Assembly (NCBI GenBank): GCA_964016885.1
Contig: OZ024742.1
Coordinates: 370,016,001-370,080,000 of the forward strand
Direction of reading: 5' to 3'
DNA from: Eledone cirrhosa
Lineage: Eukaryota
DNA: 64,000 nt
Each line of letters opens with the position of its first letter. Within the stretch, counting starts at the first letter, position 1. Below, piece after piece: positions 24,501 through 36,918 of the stretch. The translations under genes and the position numbers were made by a program. The notes under the pieces were generated by a model. That model saw only the letters and a program-made list of their open reading frames with translations. It was not told the origin of the DNA and ran no database searches.

Positions 24501-25344
24501 AAACAGTTGACAGCTTCTGCTACCTAGGTGACCGAATTAGCAACGGAGGTGGGTGTTCAGAAAGTGCAATAACTAGGGTAAGAACGGGATGGAAGAAGTT
24601 TAGGGAACTACTACCACTGCTAGCTGCAAAAGGCCTCTCCCTCAGAATGAAAGGCAGACTGTATGATGCGTGTATCCGAACAGCGATGTTGCATGGTAGC
24701 GAGACCTGGGCGCTGAAGGTGGAAGACTTACGTAGATTAGAGAGAAACGAAGCCTGCATGCTCCGATGGATGTGTAACAATAATATACGTGAACGACAAA
24801 GCATAAATGAATTGAGAGAGAGACTGAGCATAAGAGGAATCAAATGCTGTGTGCAGGAGAGGCGGTTGCGCTGGTATGGACATGTGATGCGTATGAAGGA
24901 TGATAGCTGCATAAAAAGGTGCAGAGCACTAGAAGTTGATGGAAACCGGGGAGTGGGGAGACCCAAGATGACCTTGGATGAGGTGATAAAAGCCGACCTT
25001 ACCCAATTACACCTTTCAAAGACAATGACACACGACCGTGACTTCTGGCGTCACGCAGTAATACAGAGTACCCGACCTCCCATGGGTACAAGCTGAAGCA
25101 TATAGACAATATGCCCCCACACACCCCACTGCAAGGTGGTCGTGGAGGTGCCACGGAAAAAAGTACCCAGCACTCACTGTAAATGAGGTTGGTGTTAGGA
25201 AGGGCATCCAGCTGTAGAAACCAAGCCAAATCAGTTCCTGTATGAGCAAGGCATGGTCAGCCGACCAGACACTGCCCACAACAGGACAACCCGTCTAACC
25301 CATGCTAGCGTGGAAGAACGGACGTAAAACGGTGATGATGATGA
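21551..25344 (+). mobile_element. Full-length RTE-clade LINE, family A
   Basis: 5'UTR of about 420 bp, a single long ORF, short 3'UTR and (GAT)n tail; flanked by the microsatellite. Confidence 0.92.
21974..25096 (+). CDS. RTE-A polyprotein: APE endonuclease and RT with an inserted PHD-type finger (1040 aa, uninterrupted)
   Basis: TINVG, VQETRW, SAYAPQ, GDFNGH, QLDFI, NYRGIKL, FVDLEKAFDRV, GVHQGSVLSP, LLYADD, CSVC-CPKC-HKRC-CSSC, FCYLG, RLRWYGHV and GRPK. Confidence 0.95.
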   Translation: MNLRATKHPREAPTQRPSPTSVDKYPKLRVGTINVGSMKGRAGEIVEMLERKEIDVCCVQETRWRGESARVLVGKSRCYKFFWVGNDDGMGGVGILLADKWVDKVISVYRVNARIIKLRLVLNKTITTIISAYAPQSGLPDELKDRFYESLIHTTALTDDKDFLIIAGDFNGHVGKHCDGFNRVHGGHGVGTRNEEGFRLLEFCDANDMSICNTNFKKPDNHLITYRSGEHSSQLDFILIRGRDRWTVVNTKAFPSEECTSQHSLVVSDLTVRTRRALKQRPTWRRKIRKLKVPSTSNRFKDILLNAYDSKEEQIKTFNVEENWEFLKNNLLEATDEVCGWSKTSSRRRVTWWWNNKVDEAVKAKRQTWKEWKNGGSRVHYIETKREARRQVYLARREAEDRKFKHVLQREDQKQEVFKIARQCVRDSCDVIGEKCIRNDKGELALTSAEKKDAWKSHYDRLLNEENAWEEETLPQVDPIEGPAVQVSGSVVSKAIRDMKMGKATGPSGIAAEMLKASGSVGHTITTCIVNQVILEGDIPKDWCSSIIVNCYKGKGDALDRENYRGIKLMDQVMKVTERVIAQLIRDRVKIDEMQFGFVPGRGTTDALFLVRQLQEKYLAKSKPLYLAFVDLEKAFDRVPRAVIWWALRKLGVDEWLVKAVQAMYRGAVSKVRISNEYSEEFSVQVGVHQGSVLSPLLFIIVLQPITEEFKTGCPWELLYADDLALIAESMVELENKFQTWKQGLERKGLKVNMTKTKVLVSRRENRTQIPSGKWPCSVCRKGVGRNSILCPKCKQWVHKRCSGISGSLIKNVGFTCSSCAETANSKQPQETSTTNLWEGPVETVDSFCYLGDRISNGGGCSESAITRVRTGWKKFRELLPLLAAKGLSLRMKGRLYDACIRTAMLHGSETWALKVEDLRRLERNEACMLRWMCNNNIRERQSINELRERLSIRGIKCCVQERRLRWYGHVMRMKDDSCIKRCRALEVDGNRGVGRPKMTLDEVIKADLTQLHLSKTMTHDRDFWRHAVIQSTRPPMGTS

Positions 25345-25498
25345 TATAATACATACATATTATATATATATATATATATAATACATACATATTATATATA
25401 TAATACATACATATATATATATATAATACATACATATTATATATATGTATAATACATACATATTATATATATATAATACATACATATTATATATATAT

Positions 25499-25680
25499 AA
25501 TTGTTTCTTCTTTTGGCACAAGGCCAGCAATTATCCCAGTGTATTACTGGTACTTTATTTTATCGACCCCGTAAGGATGAAAGGCAAAGTTAACCTCGAC
25601 GGGATTTGAACTCAGACTGTAAAGGGACGTAACTATGCTGGAAAGCATGGCGTCCGACCCTCTACCGATACTGCCAATTC
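25499..25680 (-). mobile_element. SINE-1 inserted in the microsatellite
   Basis: Closely matches 3848-4023 and 17118-17300. Confidence 0.85.
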
Positions 25681-25711
25681 AACATACATATTATATATAT
25701 ATAATACATAC

Positions 25712-25746
<35 letters not shown>

Positions 25747-26252
25747 TTTACGTATCGAGAAAGAGAAAAAAAGGGGGGATAGGTGATACATATAGTTATT
25801 TGCCAAGTAGCGTATACCAAAGGTGCTCGATACTAGTGCCGGCAGTATTAAATATTCGAAGTGTTAATATTTAGTGGGCTAGAGAGTTAGCAGAGCGTAA
25901 GCACGTGGGAAAGTAAAAAATCGGAGAATAGACCGTTAAAACATGTTTATTTAAAACATCACGTACGTACGTTTCGTCCAGTTGGGCTTCTCAAGGGCAT
26001 AAATAATCACAAGTGTTCCTTATATTGCTTGGAAAGAGTTTTTGGGGTTAAATCCACATCAAGGTTCATTGCTCGCAAAAATATCTTGTTTTGATTTTGC
26101 AGCAGTTCAAGGGAGGTAACTCTGGCCGGTGTTAGGGCAGTCTTTCCCGGACAATTTTTTATTTATTTATTTATTTTTTTTTATTATTTTTTTTTTTGGC
26201 GCATCCGTTTGTCTGAGGCTGGGTCTGGTATGCAAGGATTGTTTCCTGGGTG

Positions 26253-29039
26253 TTATTTTGCAGCGCCTGCCCGCCGGGGTGTTAAGACTTGTTGCAGGGA
26301 GATCCAGTGTACTGTTTCACTCTTCATCCATCTGAAGAAGGATATTTTTAAGCGATGTGTACAACTTATCGCTGTTTCAGCTCTGCTGTTGATGAGCTCG
26401 TGGGGTGCAGTTATGATGTGGTAGAGCTCCATGAGGCAAAGATCACATTTCCTCTTGAAGTTGTACGGTGCAGCCCTGCCGTCAATCTCCCAGTGCGTGG
26501 AGAAGCTGATGTTTAAGTCTTTTAGTGATGTGATGTAGTCCGCGAGTGAAGTGGAGTGCCTTAGTTTTCTATTTGTGAAAGAGTGGAGATGTGTTCGAAA
26601 CCTAATTTTGAACGGGCCGGAGGTGGCCCCTATATAATGTTTAACGCTATTGTGGCTAGTAATAGTGCATCTATATATAACCCTATCAGTCAAGCCATAT
26701 CCTCTAAGGGGGCAACGTCCTCTGTCGCGGCAGTTGCAATTTCTGTCGCGGTTCCGTCTATTTCCCACGGTAAGGCTATCATTGTTGCTGCCTATGTTGT
26801 TACCTACACTACCGCAGCTGTCGTTAGCACAATTACAACCCACAGCACGCGGGGTGGTGCGATTGTTATTCCGCACGTCATGTTCTGCATGTTCCTCAGT
26901 CATTTTGCGGTTATTCTGGTTGCGTCTGCGGATGCCGTTGCCAACACTATTGGATGCTGCCAGGGAGTTGTTAAGGCCGATATAGTTATTGTCAGGTGTA
27001 GGTGCGTCTGTGTCGAGGTGCTGTGTCTTGGTGATCTTACTGTGGTTCGTTGTTCCTATGATGTCTGCTAGGTTAGGAGTAGTAGAGAAGGATATTTTTA
27101 TATTGTTCCTATTAAGAATTTTTCTATACCTATGGTTGGGCGGGAAGTTCTTCTCTAAGGCTTCGAAGAACATCTGGGGTATGTTGGAGGCCACACTCAG
27201 AGAGTAGGGGGGGGTGGAACCATAGGATGTTACGGTGGCGATTACGTATCCTTGTACTTTTGCTACGGGTGGTTCCATCTAAGTGACCGCTCTTATGTGT
27301 GTTAATGCGCAGTCGCCCGTTCGGTGCCCCTTTCACTTTATGCTCGGGTTCACTCTTCCTACCTCTTCCATGTTTATGTACACGAAGATGTTGGTTGGAA
27401 GGCGTTGGTAGTAGGCCGTCGCCTTTGTTGGTTTTGTAATAGGGGAATAGTTTGAGTAATCTACAGTGGTCCCCGTCGCCGGGGTCGTGATCTTTGGTGC
27501 GGTTATCTATTCTATTATATCTGACTTCAACGAGGTCGCCGCGTGATTGGTTATAGGTATGGCTTACTATAACGTTTGTTTTATGGGGGGGGGGGTTTCT
27601 AGAGCTAGCGTTAGGGATGTAGGAAATTCCTCGGTTAAAGCCGGCGCTTATCAGGGCCCTATTGTAGTAATCTGCCACTTGGTTGAAGATATCCTCATTG
27701 GCGGATAGTCTCGAGATTCTATGTGAGATACTATAGACTATGGAGTTGAGAGTCTGCTTAGGGTGGTTGGAGGTATAATTAATATAAGAGAGGCACTCTC
27801 CAGGCTTATGGTATGGCTTGTATAAGCCCGTACTCAACTCCAGGGTCACGTCCAGGAAGTTGACAACCCTGTGGTTGAGGTCCATAGTTACGGATAGGCC
27901 GTATGACTTAAAGAACCTGTGTATATGTTTGTTAAGGTTCTCTATCCTACGGGGGCTATGGTTCCTAACGGTAAACAGGGCGTCGTCCCTATATACACCT
28001 CCTTGTAGGGCTGGTATTTCTTCCCTAAGCTTATGTAGGAGGTATATCCCGACCAGGTCAGTTGCTTGCGCTGAGTCACTGGACCCCATCGTGACATCGA
28101 AGTTATCAGGACGGTTGGTTCTGGTCCAGTGGGAGCCTTCGAACTGGATAATGGTTCTACGTGCCGCTAGAATTATGTCTATTTCTTTTTTAGTGAGGCT
28201 AGTGTTAGATCTAGCTAAGATAAGTGCCTTATTTAAGAGTATGGGGGAGATAGAGGCGTAGTAACTATCTATATCAAACTGGATGAATTTCAGGGTGGCT
28301 TTATCCGGCAACTCGGTGAACCAATTTATGACCTGGTCGGTGTTGCCCCAGAGGCAGACCTTAGCCTTTCTATTAAGCTCCAGTAGTACTCTGTCGAGGA
28401 TCACTTTACTAATCTTACCTATATCTGATGTAGAGGGGCATATTAGTCTAATAGAGGGGCTTTCATTAAAGTCATATTTGTGATCCTTAAGAGAGAATTT
28501 AGGCGTCAGAGGGACGTACGGGTTAGTGTACTTTTCTATTTCTAAGCTGGTGACTATATCCTTCTCTACCCTATTTATGTCAGGGTACTAGAGGGTGTCT
28601 TTTTGTAGTCTTTGTGTAGTTCCTTATAGATGAATTTGTTATACTCACTCGCGTCCATCTTGTACAGCTGTTTGGTTTTGTCGGAGGTGACGAAGAGGTG
28701 CGGGTCATTCTTGATCTTAGTTATTAGTGTATCAAGGGACGTTAAGAATGGATTGCTGCATTGGTGTTTCTTTCTGAACTTAACGTTTTTGATCATTTTC
28801 AGCAGGTCCTCTTCAAAGGAGTCCAGTAAGGTGTTGTGCGCCATATCTAGTAAGGTGTTGTGCGGTGGGTTTCGGTATGTTTTGAATCCATACCTCTCTT
28901 TGGGTTCAGGAAGGTTACGGGTGTTCTTATCCAGGTGGTAGGCCTTCCATCTGACTCTCCGTATAAATGAATTAGTAGCGTCTATAAACAGTTTAAGGTA
29001 GGTTTTTCTGCTGGGTAAGGGGATACACTTGAGAGACAT
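26253..29039 (-). pseudogene. PLE polyprotein RT plus GIY-YIG with two frameshifts (about 28580 and about 27210)
   Basis: LKDHK..RLICP, FDIDSYY, FDVTMGS, YRDD, VNFLDVTL, YKPYHKP, SNHP, WF.PPYS, CNC...CPL, VIY..HYIG.T..FK.R..H and CDLC..E..N.R.E...C.H. Confidence 0.88.
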
Positions 29040-29326
29040 GGGTAACGGCTAGTTCTCCAACATAATGGCAAATAAGGTGAGATGCTCTACAAAAGGAGCA
29101 CGGTAATACAGTATTTACGTATCGAGAAAGAGGAAAAAAAAGGGGGGATAGGTGATACATATAGTTATTTGCCAAGTAGCGTATACCAAAGGTGCTCGAT
29201 ACTAGTGCCGGCAGTATTAAATATTCGAAGTGTTAATATTTAGTGGGCTAGAGAGTTAGCAGAGCGTAAGCACGTGGGAAAGTAAAAAATCGGAGAATAG
29301 ACCGTTAAAACATGTTTATTTAAAAC

Positions 29327-29369
29327 ATCACCTACGTACGTTTCGCCCAGTTGGGCTTCTCAAGGGCAT
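29327..29369 (-). ncRNA. Hammerhead-like motif with a non-canonical core in the 5' pLTR; second copy at 25958-26000
   Basis: Minus strand reads GCC-CTTGAGAA-GCCCA-AC-TGGGC-GAAACGTACGTA-GGT. Helix II is perfect and helix III is palindromic, but the core deviates from CUGANGA. Confidence 0.45.
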
Positions 29370-29579
29370 AAATAATCACAAGTGTTCCTTATATTGCTTG
29401 GAAAGAGTTTTTGGGGTTAAATCCACATCAAGGTTCATTGCTCGCAAAAATATCTTGTTTTGATTTTGCAGCAGGTCAAGGGAGGTAACTCTGGCCGGTG
29501 TTAGGGCAGTCTTTCCCGGACAATTTTTTATTTATTTATTTATTTTTTTTTATATACATACATATTATATATATGTATG

Positions 29580-29616
<37 letters not shown>

Positions 29617-29717
29617 TATTATATATATATATATATAATACATACATATTATATATATATATATATATAATACATACATCATATATATATATATCATACA
29701 TCATATATATATATATG

Positions 29718-29876
29718 TGGTAAATGAGGTTGGTGTTAGGAAGGGCATCCAGCTGTAGAAAACCCGCCAGACAGTCCTATGCGAGCAAGACAACCACTCT
29801 TTCCTGAAGTGGGAAAACTCCCGTCCAAACCCATGCAAGCGTGGAACATGGATGTTAAACGATGATGATGATGATA
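29718..29876 (+). mobile_element. RTE family B extreme 3' fragment
   Basis: GGTGTTAGGAAGGGCATCC..CCCATGCAAGCGTGGAAC..(GAT)n. Confidence 0.85.
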
Positions 29877-29952
29877 TATATATATATAATACATACATAT
29901 TATATATATATATATTATACATACATATTATATATATATATATTATACATAC

Positions 29953-29987
<35 letters not shown>

Positions 29988-30010
29988 CATACATATTATA
30001 TAATACATAT

Positions 30011-30385
30011 ATCATCATCATCATTTTACGTCCGCTTTTCCCTGCTTGCAAGGGTGGGACGGGTCTTATTTAGCACAGCATCTCTCCACTCGTCACGGTC
30101 CTTCGTCATCTCCGTGAGCTTCAATGATCTGAGGTCTTTTCTCACCACCTCCGCCCATGTTTTTCGTGGTCTACCTCTACCACGTCTTCCTTCAACTGGC
30201 ATTTCCTGGCACTTCTTCACCCATCGGTCATCCTCCATGCGCATCACATGTCCATACCACCTCAGTCTCCTCTCCCGTACACTACATTCTATCCCTCTCA
30301 GACACAGTTTCTCTCTCAACACATTTATCCTGGGTCGTTCACGCACATTTACACTGCACATCCAACGGAGCATGCTTGCCTCATT
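30011..30385 (-). mobile_element. RTE family C, 5'-truncated
   Basis: NEASMLRWMC..RLRWYGHVMRM..GRPRKTW..DRDEWR, with the ORF running almost to the (GAT)n tail. Confidence 0.9.
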
Positions 30386-32812
30386 ATAATAGAGTGGGAT
30401 TCGGCAAGGCATAGGTTACATACTCTATTATGAGGGTAACCTATGTATGTAACCTATGCCTTGCCGAATCCCACTCTATTATATTTGCTAAATGCCCTCT
30501 ACTAAATAGAAAGTCTGAAATATTTTCCTCTTGCCCCCACCGAATATTAAGCTCTTTCTTCTACTTTAAACCTGTTAGCTAGCACTTCCTTATTTCTCCA
30601 GTTGGGCTGTCTTGTGTAACTGTCTCTGACTGTGTGTAACTGTCTCCTATTGTTGGTCTTCTATGTATATGAGTCGGTGAGTGTATACGTATGCCTGCGG
30701 GAGGATATTGATCTGGATATTGCGGTGTACAGGTGAGTGGGTGTGTATGTTAATAAGCACCCCTGTTTGGCACAGTGGATGTAACCCATCCACGCTCGCC
30801 TACCCACCATTGGTGCATTGGCGGGTCTATCCCGACGTGTATCTTGTGGATCTGTACCTCTGTATGCGCATGAGTTGTGATGTAATGTATCTATGTAGAG
30901 CGTGTACTGTGATATAGGCTGCACTAATAGAAATTTAGCCTGTAACTGTGGGCGGACCTGTGCCATCCCGCCGTAAGCAGTAGATACGTGGCGCATGTAC
31001 GTGTTGCCCTCATATTCTGTGGTTTAAGATCTACAGGCTGACTTCTGGGAGCTCTTGCCCGGGGTTGTAGTCTTTCTAGCACGATCGGCCTTCCATATAT
31101 TGACGGTCGTTGTTATGATCCCGAAAGTAACGTTTTGGCCCCGATAGCCCTCCGTAGTTACTAACGGTCTGTGTACACTTGAATCGGGCAATGGCACGTG
31201 CGGACAAGATTGTCTCCGTAGGAATTCAACTTTATTTTACTACATCTCATCGTATGTATTTATCTTGAATGTATTATCTGTGGTGGTGGGTCTTGCCTAA
31301 TGTGGTATTTCGGTGTTTAATATCAGCTCTGACCCGGGTGCCCTACGCTGTGTGTGTGTGCGTGTGTGTCTGTGTATACATTTATATGTGTATGGGTGTA
31401 GGTGGTTGTATATGTCTGTATATATAAAAAAATATGTATATATATATGTATACCGTCTCTGCATATGCATGTGGTGTGTATATGTGCATATACGTGCTGC
31501 ACATATTGATGTGTACAATCTTGTGATGTCCCAATGCGGTGACTTCATGGCTATTGAAGCTATTTTTTATATATCTTTTGTCTTTTTATATATCTTTTGT
31601 ATGCGCTCCAACTGTGTCTGCTTGCTTTGGCTAACCCGCCTGCACCTCGCTTGCTAATGCACGTGAATTCTCCTACCTTCCTTCGATGCACCTCTGTTTG
31701 ACCATTGGACTCCTGCCCGGGTGTGAACCGGTTTGTGATTACCCCACCGCTCAACTGTGTGAATGCACACCCGTGACTTTCGAGTGAACTTTTGGGACTG
31801 CCCAACCTGGGACGCCTCCATTGCCTTGCAATGGTCAAGTGATACTGCTGACTGTGACACTTAGTGCCTTCGTGGGCCCCTGATATTTTCAAGAAATATA
31901 TTTTAAAAAAATGGTCAAGTGATACAGATAACTGTGACACTTGGTGCCTTCGTGGGCCCCTGATATATTCAAGAGATATATTCTAAAAAAATATATATCT
32001 TATCTCATTTCATTTCATTTCATTTCATTTATTTACTTATTTAATTTCATTTATTTATTTATTTATTTAATTTAATTTTATTTATTTATTTATTTATTTA
32101 TTTAATTACATTTAATTATATCTTATATTATATTATTTTACTTTAGTCTATTTTATTTTACTTTAGTTTACCTTATTTTATCTTATTTTATGATTATATT
32201 ATATTATGTTCTATTTTATATAATTTTAATTTTATATTATTTTATTTCATTCCTTACCCTGTATCACTATTATCTGTATATTTTATATTTTATATGTAAG
32301 TTTGTTACATATTTCTTTATATTTTCTTATATATATTATAAGTCTGTTTTTCACCTATTTTTTACCTACTCTTACCTAATCCTATCTATCTTATCTACTC
32401 TTGTCTGTTCTCTTATCCATGTGTATGCTTGTATGTAACTATATGTTGACAGCACCCCGCCCAACTGCGACTGATAGCACCCCTTATTTTTCATTGTTTA
32501 TTTTATTATTTTATTTTTATTTTTATTTTTATTCTTATTTTTACTTTCTTAATATCCTTTATCTTCTATTATTTTTCATTCTTCAATGTCTTGAATTTGT
32601 TATTGCTTGTATGGTATGTAATTAACCTTTATGCTCTGATGAGTCCCACGTATAGTGCGGATGAAACAATGTTAGCAAGTAAAGATATGCATATGCTATA
32701 GGCGTTCTTTGTTATTTATTATATCACGGCTCTGTCCTCAGACATCGAGCTAACCTTATACTGCCTGCTGGATAAGTGGAGTGTTATACACCCCTGATCC
32801 TCTCCCTAGTAT
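30386..32812 (+). mobile_element. 5'-truncated PLE of the same lineage as 25743-29551 but a different family, with 5' foldback and a 3' non-coding region of about 2.2 kb
   Basis: 30445-30582 encodes VCNLCLAESHSIIFAKCPLLNRKSEIFSSCPHR..*, matching the KCDLCLME..INSRAE..SCTHR C-terminus of the other PLE. There is a perfect 38-bp inverted repeat at the 5' junction and a hammerhead near the 3' end. Confidence 0.75.
32627..32684 (+). ncRNA. Type I hammerhead ribozyme motif
   Basis: CTTTATGCT-CTGATGA-GTCCCAC..GTGCGGAT-GAAAC-AAT-GTT-AGCAAGTAAAG, with a canonical core. Helix I is TGCT/AGCA plus CTTTA/TAAAG. Confidence 0.7.
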
Positions 32813-32858
32813 ACATATATATATATATGATACATACATATATATATATATATATATA

Positions 32859-32891
<33 letters not shown>

Positions 32892-32920
32892 ATACATACA
32901 TATATATATATATATATATA

Positions 32921-33042
<122 letters not shown>

Positions 33043-33043
33043 C

Positions 33044-33078
<35 letters not shown>

Positions 33079-33165
33079 ATACATATATATATATATATAT
33101 ATATATAATACATACATATATATATATATATATATAATACATATATATATATATATATATATATA

Positions 33166-33219
<54 letters not shown>

Positions 33220-33245
33220 CATATATATACATATATATATATATA

Positions 33246-33283
<38 letters not shown>

Positions 33284-33309
33284 CATACATATATATATAT
33301 ATATATATA

Positions 33310-33452
<143 letters not shown>

Positions 33453-33478
33453 GTATTATATATATATATATATATATA

Positions 33479-33787
<309 letters not shown>

Positions 33788-33815
33788 CATATATATATAT
33801 ATATATATATAAATA

Positions 33816-33846
<31 letters not shown>

Positions 33847-33850
33847 AATA

Positions 33851-33881
<31 letters not shown>

Positions 33882-33885
33882 AATA

Positions 33886-33923
<38 letters not shown>

Positions 33924-33995
33924 CATACATATATATATATAATACATACATATATATATATATAGATATATAATACATACATATATATATATATA

Positions 33996-34141
<146 letters not shown>

Positions 34142-34328
34142 ATACATACATATATATATATATATATATAATACATACATATATATATATATAATACATA
34201 CATATATATATATATATATATAATACATACATATATATATATATATAATACATACATATATATATATATATATATAATACATACATATATATATATATAT
34301 AATACATACATATATATATGTATATATA

Positions 34329-34481
<153 letters not shown>

Positions 34482-34531
34482 CATACATATATATATATAA
34501 TACATACATATATATATATATATATATAATA

Positions 34532-36918
34532 CGTAAACACAAAAGCCTTCCCTAGTGAGGAATGTACATCCCAACATAGCTTAGTTGTCAGCGACCTCAC
34601 GGTCAGAACTAGACGAGCCCTGAAACAGAGGCCAACCTGGAGAAGAAAGATCTGGAAGCTGAAAGTCCCCTCAACCAGTAACAGATTTAAAGATATTTTA
34701 CTCAACGCCTACGACAGTAAAGAAGAACAGATAGAGACATTTAACGTAGAAGAGAACTGGGAGTTCCTAAAAAATAACTTACTAGAGGCGACGGATGAGG
34801 TTTGTGGCTGGAGTAAGACCTCAAGCAGGAGGAGAGTGACTTGGTGGTGGAACAATAAGGTAGATGAAGCAGTCAAGGCCAAGAGACAGGCATGGAAAGA
34901 ATGGAAGAACGGGGGGAGCAGGGTACATTACATAGAGACCAAGAGGGAAGCTAGGCGACAAGTATACTTAGCTAGGAGGGAAGCAGAGGATAGAAAATTC
35001 AAGCATGTTTTACAACGTGAGGACCAGAAACAGGAGGTATTCAAGATTGCGAGGCAGTGTGTCAGAGATAGTTGTGATGTCATTGGAGAGAAGTGTATCC
35101 GGAATGATAAAGGTGAGCTTGCCCTCACAAGTGCTGAGAAGAAAGATGCATGGAAGAGTCATTATGATAGATTACTAAATGAGGAGAATGCATGGGAAGA
35201 AGAGACCCTACCCCACGTAGACCCTATAGAGGGACCAGCAGTACAAGTCAGCGGCAGCGTAGTAAGTAAGGCAATCAGAGATATGAAGATAGGGAAGGCA
35301 ACCGGTCCATCGGGTATAGCTGCCGAGATGCTGAAGGCATCTGGGTCTGTAGGTCACACTATAACCACACGTATCGTTAACCAGGTAATACTAGAGGGGG
35401 CCATACCAAAAGATTGGTGCAGTAGCATCATTGTCAACTGCTACAAAGGTAAAGGCGATGCACTAGATAGAGGAAACTATAGAGGTATAAAGTTGATGGA
35501 CCAGGTCATGAAAGTAACAGAAAGAGTTATAGCACAGCTGATTAGGGACCGGGTGAATATAGACGAGATGCAATTTGGGTTTGTACCAGGGAAAGGCACC
35601 ACTGATGCGCTCTTCCTTGTGAGGCAATTACAGGAAAAGTACCTAGCTAAAAGTAAGCCACTCTACTTGGCATTTGTCGACCTTGAGAAAGCCTTTGACA
35701 GAGTTCCACGTGCAGTAATCTGGTGGGCTCTTAGAAAACTAGGAGTAGATGAATGGCTTGTGAAAGCGGTACAAGCCATGTATAGGGGAGCAGTCAGCAA
35801 AGTTAGGATTGGCAATGAGTATAGCGAGGAATTTAGCGTACAGGTTGGGGTCCACCAGGGCTCTGTTCTTAGCCCTCTCCTGTTCATCATAGTCCTGCAG
35901 GCAATAACGGAGGAGTTTAAGACCGGATGCCCATGGGAACTCCTGTATGCTGATGACCTCGCACTCATAGCTGAATCTATGGTAGAACTAGAGAATAAAT
36001 TCCAAACCTGGAAGCAGGGACTAGAGAGAAAGGGCCTCAAAGTCAACATGACAAAGACTAAGGTCCTTATAAGTAGACGAGAAAACAGAACCCAGATCCC
36101 CTCAGGGAAATGGCCTTGCTCAGTATGTAGGAAAGGTGTAGGTAGGAACTCCATTCTTTGCCCCAAATGCAAACAATGGGTACACAAGAGATGTAGCGGG
36201 ATCTCAGGAAGCTTAATTAAGAATGTAGGATTCACATGCAGCAGCTGTGCTGAAACAGCAAGCAAACAGCCACAGGAAACAAGTACCACCAATCTCTGGG
36301 AGGGCCCTGTAGAAACAGTAGACAGCTTCTGCTACCTAGGTGACCGAATTAGCAACGGAGGTGGGTGCTCAGAAAGTACAATAACTAGGGTAAGAACGGG
36401 ATGGAAGAAGTTTAGGGAACTACTACCACTGCTAGCTGCAAAAGGCTTCTCCCTCAGAATGAAAGGCAGACTGTATGATGCGTGTATCCGAACAGCGATG
36501 TTGCATGGTAGTGAGACCTGGGCGCTGAAGGTGGAAGACTTACGTAGATTAGAGAGAAACGAAGCCTGCATGCTCCGATGGATGTGTAACAGTAATATAC
36601 GTGAACGACAAAGCATAAATGAATTGAGAGAGAGACTGAGCATAAGAGGAATCAAATGCTGCGTGCAGGAGAGGCGGTTACGCTGGTATGGACATGTGAT
36701 GCGTATGAAGGATGACAGCTGCATAAAAAGGTGCAGAGCACTAGAAGTTGATGGAAACCGCGGAGTGGGGAGACCCAAGATGACTTGGGATGAGGTGATA
36801 AAAGCCGACCTTACCCAACTACACCTCTCAAAGTCAATGACACACGACCGTGACTTCTGGCGTCACGCAGTAATACAGGGTACCCGACCTCCCATGGGTA
36901 CATGCTGAAGCATATAAA
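34532..36918 (+). mobile_element. RTE family A, 5'-truncated (lacks most of APE), 3'UTR replaced by a PLE
   Basis: Near-identical to 22717-25105. ORF 34836-36908 retains RT and PHD. Confidence 0.92.

Larger units (their letters stand above)
25743..29551 (-). mobile_element. Penelope-like element with two direct pseudo-LTRs (25743-26182 and 29110-29551), tentatively Hydra-clade
   Basis: Near-identical direct repeats of about 440 bp bracket RT and GIY-YIG coding sequence. Flanked by (TA)n. Confidence 0.9.

Noticed and set aside
23848-24966. Recurrent antisense ORFs in RTE copies (for example 210 aa and 148 aa)
   Set aside because: They are shadow frames of the RT ORF that recur only because the copies are near-identical, and they have no recognisable motifs.
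27200-27220. Programmed frameshift in the PLE
   Set aside because: The break lies in a G8 homopolymer at a conserved WF.PPYS motif, so mutation or sequencing error is more likely.
25743-29551. LTR retrotransposon suggested by 440-bp direct repeats
   Set aside because: There are no TG..CA ends and no gag, protease or integrase. The RT and GIY-YIG are PLE-type, so these are pseudo-LTRs.
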